From: Candidatus Eiseniibacteriota bacterium
Lineage (GTDB): Bacteria; Eisenbacteria; RBG-16-71-46; SZUA-252
DNA length: 64,000 nucleotides
Direction: 5' to 3'
Assembly (NCBI GenBank): GCA_963703225.1
Contig: OY969801.1
Location: 1,504,001-1,568,000, forward strand
A program made the position numbers and the translations under genes. Below the pieces are notes generated by a model. That model was not told the DNA's origin and searched no databases. It saw only the letters and a program-made list of their open reading frames with translations. Positions 1 through 8,798 of the stretch are shown here, one piece after another; position 1 is the stretch's first letter, and every line of letters begins with the position of its first letter.

Positions 1-816
1 GCGAGCAAGGAGCTACTCCTTGTCACCCTCGTGCCTCTCGCTCTCCTCCTCTACGTGCGCGCCGCCGAGTGCGACAGGCGCGATCTGGCAGCCGGCCTTC
101 TCGCCCTGTCCGGAGCCACCTTCGCGCTCGCCAGCCTAACGCAACCGGGAATCCTGCTGCTTCCGAGCGTCCTGGTCGGATACGAGATCGCCTCGCGCAG
201 CTCCATTTCCAAAGCGGTCCTCCGGGTCGGGCTGGTCGTTGCCGTCATGGTCGCCCTGGTGGGGCTCTGGACGTACCGGAATTTTGCGGTGCTCGGGACC
301 CCGGTCATCTCGACCAATGGAGGCTCGACGTTCTATCGCGCCAACAACAGCCTGGCCACAGGGGGGTACTCGGAGCGCGGAGAACAGAGTCTCGAGGGCC
401 TCGGAGAGCTGGAGCGGCACCGCGTTGGCATGCAATGGGGGACGGCGTGGATCCGAGACCATCCTCTCGACTTTCTCAAGCTGGCATGGCGGAAGCAGGT
501 GCTTTTTCTCGGAGACGACGGAGAAGGCGTGTATGAGACGCTCAAGCGAGGGCTCGAGATCGGCGACGCCCGCTACTTCCTACTCAAGATGGTCAGCAAC
601 CTCTTCTGGCTCGCGCTTTGGATTCTCATCCTGATCGGTCTTACCCGCGGAGGGTGGTTCGCGTCGGGCTCCGCAGCGCTCTCCCTTCTCGGGCTCTCGG
701 TGATCTATTTTTGGCTGATCGATTCCGTCTTCGAGAGCGGCTCCCGGCATCACATGCCCTTGATCGGGATCCTGTCGGTGCTGGCGACCCTCGGTCTGAG
801 CGAAAGGCACCAATGA
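1..816 (+). CDS. Polytopic membrane glycosyltransferase (GT-C, ArnT/PMT-like), 5'-truncated by window edge
   Basis: Frame open from base 1; many TM helices; 'WTYRNF...STNGGSTFYRANN' loop and C-terminal 'SRHHMP' typical of ArnT-like GT-C; coupled to GtrA by ATGA overlap. Confidence 0.7.
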   Translation, partial: ASKELLLVTLVPLALLLYVRAAECDRRDLAAGLLALSGATFALASLTQPGILLLPSVLVGYEIASRSSISKAVLRVGLVVAVMVALVGLWTYRNFAVLGTPVISTNGGSTFYRANNSLATGGYSERGEQSLEGLGELERHRVGMQWGTAWIRDHPLDFLKLAWRKQVLFLGDDGEGVYETLKRGLEIGDARYFLLKMVSNLFWLALWILILIGLTRGGWFASGSAALSLLGLSVIYFWLIDSVFESGSRHHMPLIGILSVLATLGLSERHQ

Positions 817-1193
817 TCCAAAGCCTGGTTCGCTATACGATGGTCGGCGCCGTCGGTACACTGGCGCACTATCTGGTTCTGTTCACCTTGGTGGAGCGGT
901 GCGGCGTCCCGCCCGCCGTGGCAACGGCGTTTGGATTCGCGACGGGAGCGGTCATCAACTACTTTCTCAATCTCCGGTTCACGTTTCAGAGTGACCGGCC
1001 GCACCGGGAGGCACTGCCACGATTCCTCACGGTCGCGGCCGCTGGGATGGTCCTCAATTCGGGGATCGTCGCGCTCGGAGCCGAGGTGCTCCGGCTCCAC
1101 TACATGATTCCACAAGTCTTCGCGACAGCGGTCGTAGTCTTCTTGACGTTCTGCGCCAATCGAGTCTGGACGTTTCAGCGGAGGAACCCATGA
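813..1193 (+). CDS. gtrA: GtrA family lipid-linked sugar translocase
   Basis: ATG at 813 overlaps upstream TGA; 'RYTMVGAVGT...NYFLNLRFTF...NRVWTF' GtrA signature, about 4 TM. Confidence 0.9.
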   Translation: MIQSLVRYTMVGAVGTLAHYLVLFTLVERCGVPPAVATAFGFATGAVINYFLNLRFTFQSDRPHREALPRFLTVAAAGMVLNSGIVALGAEVLRLHYMIPQVFATAVVVFLTFCANRVWTFQRRNP

Positions 1194-2200
1194 TGGAGAC
1201 GGCGGTGCGACACTCGGATGGGGGAACGGCATCCGTCAGAGGATCACTGACTGTCGTCGTGCCGGTCTACAACGAAGAGGAAGTCGTTCGCGAGTTTCAA
1301 GGACGCCTCTCGGCCGTTCTCGTGGCCACGGGGATGAAGTGCACGATTCTGTACGTCAATGACGGCAGCAAGGATCGGACCCTCGAGACCTTGCTGGACC
1401 TTCGGCGCGCGGATCCGCGTGTCGAGATCATCGACTTGAGCCGGAATTTCGGCAAGGAGATCGCGCTCACGGCCGGATTGGATCACGCCGACACGGACGC
1501 TGTCGTCGTCATCGACGCCGATCTGCAAGATCCACCGGAGCTCATCCCGGAACTCATCAAGGAATGGCGCGAGGGGTACGACGTCGTCTACGCGCAGCGC
1601 TCCGCGCGGGAGGGCGAAGGGATCATCAAGAAGGCGACGGCGTACACCTTCTATCGTCTCATGCAGCGAGTCTCGCGCGTCCGAATTCCGGAGGACGCCG
1701 GAGATTTCCGGCTGATGAGTCGAAGAGTGGTTGAAGCCCTGCGGGAGCTCCGGGAGCGAAACCGCTTCATGAAGGGGCTCTTCGCGTGGGTCGGCTTCAA
1801 GCAGAAGGCCGTGCGATTCCACCGGCAGGCTCGGTTTGCAGGGCAAACGAAGTGGAATTATTGGAAACTCTGGAATTTCGCGCTGGAGGGCTTCACATCG
1901 TTCACGACGGCACCGCTCAAGATCGCCACGTACGTCGGACTGACGATCGCGATCGGAGCGTTGATCTTTGCGATGGTCGTCGTCTACAAGACCCTCGTGT
2001 TTGGCGATCCTGTGCGCGGCTACCCGTCCCTGATGGTCGTCGTGCTGTTCCTGGGCGGCGCGCAGCTCATGACGATAGGGATCCTGGGCGAATATGTCGG
2101 CCGAATGTTCGACGAGACAAAGGCGAGGCCCCTCTACTTGGTGCAGGGGCACTATCGGGCGGCCGCGGCGCCACCCGGCGCGGCCGAGAGGCCGGAATAG
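1190..2200 (+). CDS. gtrB: Polyprenol-phosphate glycosyltransferase, GT2 (GtrB/DPM1-like)
   Basis: VVVPVYNEE, VNDGSKD, LSRNFGKE, DADLQDPPE, GDFRLMSR motifs; two C-terminal TM helices. Confidence 0.9.
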   Translation: MMETAVRHSDGGTASVRGSLTVVVPVYNEEEVVREFQGRLSAVLVATGMKCTILYVNDGSKDRTLETLLDLRRADPRVEIIDLSRNFGKEIALTAGLDHADTDAVVVIDADLQDPPELIPELIKEWREGYDVVYAQRSAREGEGIIKKATAYTFYRLMQRVSRVRIPEDAGDFRLMSRRVVEALRELRERNRFMKGLFAWVGFKQKAVRFHRQARFAGQTKWNYWKLWNFALEGFTSFTTAPLKIATYVGLTIAIGALIFAMVVVYKTLVFGDPVRGYPSLMVVVLFLGGAQLMTIGILGEYVGRMFDETKARPLYLVQGHYRAAAAPPGAAERPE

Positions 2201-2204
2201 GAAC

Positions 2205-3194
2205 GTGCACCGCCTGCGCGTCCTGATTACCATCGACACGGAGTTCTGGCCCGAGAATCCGGACTTTACGGGCCGCATCCGCCAAGAGGAGCTCAACCCG
2301 GAGCGTGAGCTCAGCCGGGACATCTTCGGCATCACCCCGCGAGGTTCCTTCGGGATCGGGTATCAGCTGGATCTCTTCCGGGCTCATAGCCTTCGAGCGG
2401 TCTATTTTGTCGAAGCCCTCGCCGCGAGCGTCGTGGGGCCCGAGCCGCTCCGCCGAACGGTCGCCGCGATTCTCGAGGCGGGCCAGGAGGTGCAGCTTCA
2501 CGTCCACACCGAGTGGCTGAAGGTGGAGCCCAACACGATTCTGCCGGGACGGACCGGCCAGAACATGCGCCAATTCACACTCGAAGAACAGCGCGCGCTC
2601 CTCTCACGGGCTCGCGACAATCTGATCGCGGCGGGCGCGTCGTCCGTGACCGCCTACCGCGCCGGCAACTACGGCGCCAGCTGGGAAACATTGCGCGCAC
2701 TCGCGTCTATCGGGCTAACATTCGATTCCAGCCACAACACCGGGCATCTCGGGCGCGCGTGCGACATGCCCACCGAGGCGCCCCTCGTACAGCCGGTCTT
2801 GCGCGACGGCGTGTGGGAGCTGCCGGTGAGCTGGTTCGAGGATTGGCCGGGACACTACCGCCACGCCCAGCTCACCGCCTGCTCCACGGATGAGCTGACT
2901 TATGCCCTGCTCGAGGCTTGGCGCCGCCGATGGTATTGTTTCGTCATCGTGACGCACAGCAATGAGCTCCTCAACCGGAGCAAGGATGGCCCCAACCCAG
3001 TCGCGGGGATGCGCATGCGCCAACTCTGCCGGTTCTTGCAGGCTCACCGCGATCGGTTCGAGACGGTGACGTTCGCCGATCTGGAGCCGGGGGACATCCC
3101 CGTGTCGGTCGATCACGCCGCACCCATTCGCTCCAGCCCGCTACGGACCGCTTGGCGGATGGGAGAACAGCTTGTCCAGCGATGGATCGGCTAG
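2205..3194 (+). CDS. Polysaccharide deacetylase-like protein (CE4/NodB-type fold)
   Basis: GTG at 2205; 'LITIDTE', 'EVQLHVHTEW', 'YRAGNY', 'FDSS' motifs. Confidence 0.75.
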   Translation: MHRLRVLITIDTEFWPENPDFTGRIRQEELNPERELSRDIFGITPRGSFGIGYQLDLFRAHSLRAVYFVEALAASVVGPEPLRRTVAAILEAGQEVQLHVHTEWLKVEPNTILPGRTGQNMRQFTLEEQRALLSRARDNLIAAGASSVTAYRAGNYGASWETLRALASIGLTFDSSHNTGHLGRACDMPTEAPLVQPVLRDGVWELPVSWFEDWPGHYRHAQLTACSTDELTYALLEAWRRRWYCFVIVTHSNELLNRSKDGPNPVAGMRMRQLCRFLQAHRDRFETVTFADLEPGDIPVSVDHAAPIRSSPLRTAWRMGEQLVQRWIG

Positions 3195-4149
3195 CCCCGG
3201 CTGGGTACCCCGGCGGGTCAAGTGGACGTACAGGTTTGGTGAGTTCTCGCTTTTCCAGGCCTCGTTTCAAATGCTGCAGCGGGACGCCCACTTCACGGAG
3301 CTGGACGCGAAGGCGGGCGACCCTGACCTTCCGCCAGCGCACGAGCCCGGTCTCGCCGGGTTCCTCATTCGCTCACACCCGATGGAGCAGCCGCCGCCAC
3401 GGCTGCGCCTCCGCCGTGGCCTCCTGGTATACGTCCCGGCGTGGTACCGGCGATACTGGGTGGACCTTCGCGGGACGTTCGCCGACTACACGAAGAAATT
3501 CTCTGGAAAATCCCGCTCCACCCTGACGCGGAAGGTCCGCAAATTCCGCGAGGCGGCGGGCACCGAATCGGTTTTTCGCGAATTCAAGCGCCCCGAGGAG
3601 ATGGATGAGTTCTTCCTGGTAGCCCGGCGAATTTCCGAGAAGACCTATCAGGAGCGCCTGCTGGATGCGGGGCTCCCCGCGACCGATGCCTTCCGGACAG
3701 GGCTGGTCGACCTCGCACGCCGGGGACGCGTCCGCGGCTTCATCCTCTCTTCGGGTGAACGCCCCGTGGCCTACCTGTACTGCCCCATGTACCGGGAGTC
3801 GGGGATCCTCTTCTATTCCCACCTCGGGTACGATCCGGAGTTCGAGCAGCTCTCGCCGGGAACCGTTCTCCAGTACCTCGCGCTCGAGCGGCTCTTCGAG
3901 GGCGGAGACATGAAACTGTTCGACTTTCTGGAAGGCGAAACGCCGCAGAAGGAGTCCTTCGCGACAGGAAACACGCTTTGTGCCGACCTCTACTTCTTTC
4001 GGCTCACGCCCCGAAACGCATGCCTTGTGCTCCTGCGCCACTCGATCGACTCGCTTTCCACGGCGATGGTTCGAGCGTTGACCGTGCTGGGGGTGAAGCA
4101 GAGGCTCAAGAGGCTCATCCGGCGCGGCTACAGGCCGGCGCCCCGATGA
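3172..4149 (+). CDS. GNAT family acetyltransferase (CelD/BcsL-like)
   Basis: 'GYDPEFEQLSPGTVLQY...FDFLEGETPQKESF' signature; start uncertain. Confidence 0.8.
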   Translation: MSSDGSASPGWVPRRVKWTYRFGEFSLFQASFQMLQRDAHFTELDAKAGDPDLPPAHEPGLAGFLIRSHPMEQPPPRLRLRRGLLVYVPAWYRRYWVDLRGTFADYTKKFSGKSRSTLTRKVRKFREAAGTESVFREFKRPEEMDEFFLVARRISEKTYQERLLDAGLPATDAFRTGLVDLARRGRVRGFILSSGERPVAYLYCPMYRESGILFYSHLGYDPEFEQLSPGTVLQYLALERLFEGGDMKLFDFLEGETPQKESFATGNTLCADLYFFRLTPRNACLVLLRHSIDSLSTAMVRALTVLGVKQRLKRLIRRGYRPAPR

Positions 4150-4245
4150 GCCGGGGCTGACGTCCTCGGCGAACATCGGTGCCCACGCCGCGCAGGTCGG
4201 CGTGCCTGTCTCGCGCACCTCCGCCTCGATGTTTTCGGCCAAGTC

Positions 4246-4254
4246 TGATATACT
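4246..4254 (+). promoter_or_regulatory. Putative extended -10 promoter (TGaTATACT)
   Basis: TG-n-TATACT in the 216-bp gap before the GT2-methyltransferase-pyruvyl transferase unit. Confidence 0.4.
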
Positions 4255-4365
4255 TAGGGATGCTTGATGGGGATTGCCGGTCCCTACGCCGCCCCCAGCC
4301 GGTGGCGTCGTCCCATCCCATCGGACACCCCAACCGGCCCCCGCGCAATCACGTGAGGATTCCCG

Positions 4366-5274
4366 TTGAACGGCACTCAGGCCCCACAGGTCAGTATTGG
4401 AGTTCCCGTCTACAACGGCGAGCCGCAGCTGGCGCGGTCCCTCGACTCGCTCCTCGCTCAGTCTTTGAAAGATTTTGAGATCATCATTTCGGACAATCAT
4501 TCAACCGACCGAAGCGAGGCGATCTGTCGGGAGTACGCGGCCCGCGATCCGCGCATCCAATACCACCGCAGCGAGCGCAATCGGGGCGCGGCGTGGAATT
4601 TCAATCGCGTCCTCGAGCTCTCGAGGGGCCGCTATTTCAAATGGGCTTCCGCAAACGACATTCACGCCCCCGATTTCCTCATCCGCTGCGTCGAAGTCCT
4701 CGACGCTCGCCCTGAGGTCGTGCTTTGCTATCCCAAGACGCAAATCATTGACGACGACGGCTCGGTGGTGCGGAATTCAGAGGACAACCTCGACCTGCCC
4801 TGGCGGGAAGCGTCGCGGCGATTCACCGAGTACGTGGATCGGGTGCGACTCTGCAACGCGATTTTCGGCTTGATGCGCCCTGAGGTGCTCCGACGTACGG
4901 GCAAGATCGGGGCTTACCCTGGGTCCGATGTCGTACTGCTGGGCGAGTTGACGTTGCATGGCGCCTTCGCTGAAGTGCCCGAATTCCTTTTCTATCGTAG
5001 ACTGGAGCGCCAGAACATGGTCCGGAATCAATCGGTGGAAGCATGGCAGGAGTTCTATGACCCCAACACTCGGGGCAGAATCTTCATGCGCACGTGGCGG
5101 CATCAGTACGGGTACCTGTTGGCCACTCTTCGAAGCCCGCTGCCGGTTTCCGAGAAGGCGTACATCGCCTCCCGCATTGGCCGCTTCTGCATCACTCAGA
5201 GGCGCGATCTGGCGCGGGAGCTGGCGGGGGCGGCATGGAAGCTCGCGGGCCGCGGTCCGGTGCGAAAGGCATGA
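4366..5274 (+). CDS. Glycosyltransferase family 2
   Basis: 'VSIGVPVYNGE...IISDNHSTD...NRGAAWNFN...YFKWASAND'; TTG start. Confidence 0.9.
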   Translation: MNGTQAPQVSIGVPVYNGEPQLARSLDSLLAQSLKDFEIIISDNHSTDRSEAICREYAARDPRIQYHRSERNRGAAWNFNRVLELSRGRYFKWASANDIHAPDFLIRCVEVLDARPEVVLCYPKTQIIDDDGSVVRNSEDNLDLPWREASRRFTEYVDRVRLCNAIFGLMRPEVLRRTGKIGAYPGSDVVLLGELTLHGAFAEVPEFLFYRRLERQNMVRNQSVEAWQEFYDPNTRGRIFMRTWRHQYGYLLATLRSPLPVSEKAYIASRIGRFCITQRRDLARELAGAAWKLAGRGPVRKA

Positions 5275-5996
5275 CCTCTCCCGAATTCCCATCGCTTGCC
5301 GACCAGGAGCGCTTCTGGGAGACATGGCAAGAGGCTAAATCCATCACCGAGTGGTCCCAGATCCGCGCGGAGGTGATTCTGAATCTCCTCCGAGGGTTGA
5401 GCTTGAAGGATTCAGAGATCCTTGACTTGGGCTGCGGAACCGGTTGGTTCACCGAGCGTCTCGCCGCATTCGGAAAGGCTACCGGCACCGACCTCTCGCT
5501 CAAAGCCATCGAGGAGGCCAAGAGGCGGTTTCCGCAGGGGACCTTCGTCGGAGGGGACCTGTTTCAGGTTCCGCTCCCCGAGGCTCATTACGACGTCGTC
5601 GTATCGCAGCAGGTGATCGCCCACGTCGTCGACCAGCCTCGCTACGTGGAGCGAGCGGCGTCGCTTCTCAAGCCGCGCGGGCACCTCATCCTCACGACCC
5701 CAAACAAGTTTGTCATGGACCGGTTGGGAGACCAGGGATGGGACGCGACACCGCCCGAACACATCGAGCAATGGCTCGACCGCAAGGCCGTGGTTCGGTT
5801 GTTGCGGCCCCGATTTGAGATTCTCAAATTCACGTCCATCCTTCCCATGGGTGACCGCGGGATCCTCCGTCTTGTGAATTCAGCGAGGCTGAATCGGGCG
5901 CTTGGCTTCATCATTCCGGCTGCCCGTTTGCGTGCGCTCAAGGAGCGGGCCGGGCTGGGATACACGCTGATCGCTCTCGCCCGGAAATGCGACTGA
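5271..5996 (+). CDS. Class I SAM-dependent methyltransferase
   Basis: ATG 5271 overlapping upstream stop; 'ILDLGCGTG', 'LKPRGHLILTTPN'. Confidence 0.85.
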   Translation: MTSPEFPSLADQERFWETWQEAKSITEWSQIRAEVILNLLRGLSLKDSEILDLGCGTGWFTERLAAFGKATGTDLSLKAIEEAKRRFPQGTFVGGDLFQVPLPEAHYDVVVSQQVIAHVVDQPRYVERAASLLKPRGHLILTTPNKFVMDRLGDQGWDATPPEHIEQWLDRKAVVRLLRPRFEILKFTSILPMGDRGILRLVNSARLNRALGFIIPAARLRALKERAGLGYTLIALARKCD

Positions 5997-7330
5997 CCCG
6001 GTCCCACCGGATCGGAATATTCGGGCACGTCGGAAACCAAAATCTCGGCGACGAAGCGACCGTTACCGCCGTCATCCAGGGCCTGCGCGACCGGATCCCG
6101 GGGGCCGAGATCTCGGCCTTCACGATTCATCCAGAGGACACTCAGGCGCGCCACGGCATCCCGGCATTTCCGATACGACCCGGCGTCGGCTCGCCCAGGC
6201 CCGCCTCCGCTGGACTCGATGCCTCGCGCCCCGGAGCCGAGGGTGCGTCGACGAGGGGCGCGACCTACGCCGCCATCCGGCGCGTCCCGGGCCTCTATCC
6301 CCTCCTCTCGGGCGCCCGCGATGCGTTCCGGTGGTTGGGCGACGCGCTCGTGGAGGCCGCGTTCTGGGGGAAACGCTACAGTTCCCTCCGGCGAATCGAC
6401 CTCCTGATCGTCGCGGGATCGAACCAACTCTCCGATTACGTCGGGGGCCCCTGGGGCTTCCCTTACACCATCTTCGCCTGGTCGGTGGCCGCGCGGCTGA
6501 CGGGCACCCGAGTCGCCTTCCTGAGCGTTGGAGCCGGGCCACTCCGAACCCGGCTCGGCCGCTACTTCCTTCGAAAGGCGATCGGCTGGGCGGTGTACAG
6601 CTCGTTTCGGGACGAAGGATCCCGCGACACGATCAAGTCGCTCGGGGTCGGCGCGCCCCATCGTGTCGCACCCGATCTCGCGCACGGACTGCGTTTCGAG
6701 GTCCCGTCGGACGGCCCGCGGCCGGCCGCCACGCGGACCGTCGTGGTGAATCCCCTTCCCTACATGGATCCCAGATTCTGGGCTGAGAGCGATTCGGACG
6801 CATACGCCCGCTATGTGGATTTGCTCGCGTCCTTCGCCCGGACGCTTCTGGAGCGGGGTCACAGGGTCCGGTTGGTCCCGACGCAGCTCCGCGCCGATCC
6901 GCCCGTGATCGCGGACGTGATGCGGGCGCTCGGCCCACGCCCGCGCTCGGAGGCCCTCCACGATCGGATCGATCCGCCGGTGGCGGGTTTCGAGGACCTG
7001 ATCGCGATTCTCGCCGAGGCGGACGTGGTCGTCGCGACGCGCTTCCATGGGGTGGTTCTCGCCCAAATGCTCGGCAAACCCACGATCGGAATCGCGTACC
7101 GCCGTTCGACGACGGATCTGCTGGTTGATGTGGGCCAGGGCGCCTACGCGATCGACATCGCCGCCCTCACGCTGGACGGGCTCTTGGGCCGGCTCGAGGC
7201 GCTCGAAGCGGATCGGGGCGCGAGCGGGCGGCTCGCCGCGCGGATCGAGACGTACCGGAAAGCCGTCGCCGCCCAGTACGATGAGCTCTTGGGGAGCGCG
7301 GGGCCGGTACGGCCAGCCCCCCTCGCCTAA
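5987..7330 (+). CDS. Polysaccharide pyruvyl transferase family (WcaK-like)
   Basis: 'GNQNLGDEA', 'SFRDEGS', 'APDLA', 'VATRFHGVV' motifs. Confidence 0.85.
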   Translation: MRLTRSHRIGIFGHVGNQNLGDEATVTAVIQGLRDRIPGAEISAFTIHPEDTQARHGIPAFPIRPGVGSPRPASAGLDASRPGAEGASTRGATYAAIRRVPGLYPLLSGARDAFRWLGDALVEAAFWGKRYSSLRRIDLLIVAGSNQLSDYVGGPWGFPYTIFAWSVAARLTGTRVAFLSVGAGPLRTRLGRYFLRKAIGWAVYSSFRDEGSRDTIKSLGVGAPHRVAPDLAHGLRFEVPSDGPRPAATRTVVVNPLPYMDPRFWAESDSDAYARYVDLLASFARTLLERGHRVRLVPTQLRADPPVIADVMRALGPRPRSEALHDRIDPPVAGFEDLIAILAEADVVVATRFHGVVLAQMLGKPTIGIAYRRSTTDLLVDVGQGAYAIDIAALTLDGLLGRLEALEADRGASGRLAARIETYRKAVAAQYDELLGSAGPVRPAPLA

Positions 7331-7977
7331 AAGCTCAGCTTTCGCCCGTAGAAGGCTTCGGCGTATCGAGGTGCACGCGATTCCACGCCTCGGAGCTGCA
7401 TCAGCGCCCGCAGAGTCTCCTCCGTGAACCAGGGCTTCGGACGCTGCGACTTGTAACTGCGGACGATGTTGCGGATCTTCCGTTCGCAGGTCGAGCCATC
7501 GAGGCGCGCGAAGACATTCGGCGCGCCGAGATCGCCATCGTACTTGGGGATCTCGTATTCGAGGATCAACGAATCACGAAATGTCTGCCACGTGGTGTCG
7601 CTCACCAGGCGGTGATCTTGGTGCCGATCATCGCGGTAGTGGGTGAAGATGACGTTCGGGGTCCACGTCCGCTTCAAAGTCTCGAAGTAGCGCTTGATTT
7701 CCGACCCCTGGTAGGGAAAGTGGCCATCGGCGAACGCCTCGATTCGCACCGTCCGAGAACGGGAGCCCTTGAGAAACAGCTCGGCCGATGCCGCGGCTTC
7801 ACGGGCCCGCTCCTTCGTCGAGCTGAGGACGATCCAGCGAACGGCCACGTCGTGGCGCTCCTTGAGGAGACGGAGCACGGTTCCGCCGCAGCCGATCTCG
7901 ATATCGTCGCAGTGGGCGCCGATGCAGAGAATGGTGGGCCTGCGCGACAGGCTATCGATGAGCCGGAGTTGAGTCAT
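7327..7977 (-). CDS. PIG-L/LmbE family deacetylase
   Basis: 'GAHCDDIEIGCGG' and 'DRHQDH' motifs; ATG 7977 overlaps rfbF stop. Confidence 0.9.
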   Translation of the reverse strand: MTQLRLIDSLSRRPTILCIGAHCDDIEIGCGGTVLRLLKERHDVAVRWIVLSSTKERAREAAASAELFLKGSRSRTVRIEAFADGHFPYQGSEIKRYFETLKRTWTPNVIFTHYRDDRHQDHRLVSDTTWQTFRDSLILEYEIPKYDGDLGAPNVFARLDGSTCERKIRNIVRSYKSQRPKPWFTEETLRALMQLRGVESRAPRYAEAFYGRKLSF

Positions 7978-8798
7978 GCGCCGGGCGACCGCCTCCAGAC
8001 CCCCCAGGGCGCGTCGCCACGCGCATGCATCTGCTCCAGAGCCTGCCGGTCTTTGAAGGTATCCATGCTGGCCCAAAATCCCTCATGGCGGTATCCCATC
8101 AAGAGATTCTTCGGGATCAGACGGGGAAACGCGTCGCCCACAAGGTCTTCGCCATCCTTCAGGTAATCGAAGATCGTCTGACGCAGAATGAAGTAACCGC
8201 CGTTGATCAGAGGTCCGGACTCCGAGAGCGGCTCGATGCTCGTGACCTTGCCCCCGTCTTCGAGTGTAACGCCGTGGTAGCTCAGCGGCGGCCGCACGCA
8301 AAGGAATCCCCCGACCCTCTCCTCGCCCCGGAATCGATCGATCATCCGCGGCAGGTCCAGGTCGGTCAGGCCGTCGCTGTAGTTCGCGAGGAACATCTCC
8401 TCCCCGGCGAGGTGACTCCGCACCGCGCGAAGCCGTTGTCCGATGCTCGAGTGGACGCCGGTTTCGACAAAGGTGATCTGCCAGTCCTCGATATCCTTGC
8501 TCAAGAGCTTGAGATCGCGTCCCCCACCGGAGAGCACAAAGTCGTTGGAGACCGCCTCGCTGTAGTTCAGGAAATAGTTCTTGATGACCTCGGACTTGTG
8601 CCCGAGGCAGAGGAGGAACTCCTTGTGGCCGAAGTGAGCGTAGTACTTCATGACGTGCCAGAGGATCGGCCGGTGACCGATCATCATCATCGGCTTCGGG
8701 ATCTCCTCCGAGACGTCGCGCAAACGCAGGCCCAGCCCGCCGCAAAACAGGACGACCTTCATACCCTTCACACCAGATTGTTTGGACGGAGGGTTCAA
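7974..8798 (-). CDS. rfbF: Glucose-1-phosphate cytidylyltransferase-like nucleotidyltransferase
   Basis: 'VVLFCGGLGLRL...PKPM...RPILWHVMKYYAHFG', 'NYSDGLTD', 'GFWASMDTFKD'; start either TTG 8798 or ATG 8762. Confidence 0.85.
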   Translation of the reverse strand: MNPPSKQSGVKGMKVVLFCGGLGLRLRDVSEEIPKPMMMIGHRPILWHVMKYYAHFGHKEFLLCLGHKSEVIKNYFLNYSEAVSNDFVLSGGGRDLKLLSKDIEDWQITFVETGVHSSIGQRLRAVRSHLAGEEMFLANYSDGLTDLDLPRMIDRFRGEERVGGFLCVRPPLSYHGVTLEDGGKVTSIEPLSESGPLINGGYFILRQTIFDYLKDGEDLVGDAFPRLIPKNLLMGYRHEGFWASMDTFKDRQALEQMHARGDAPWGVWRRSPGA

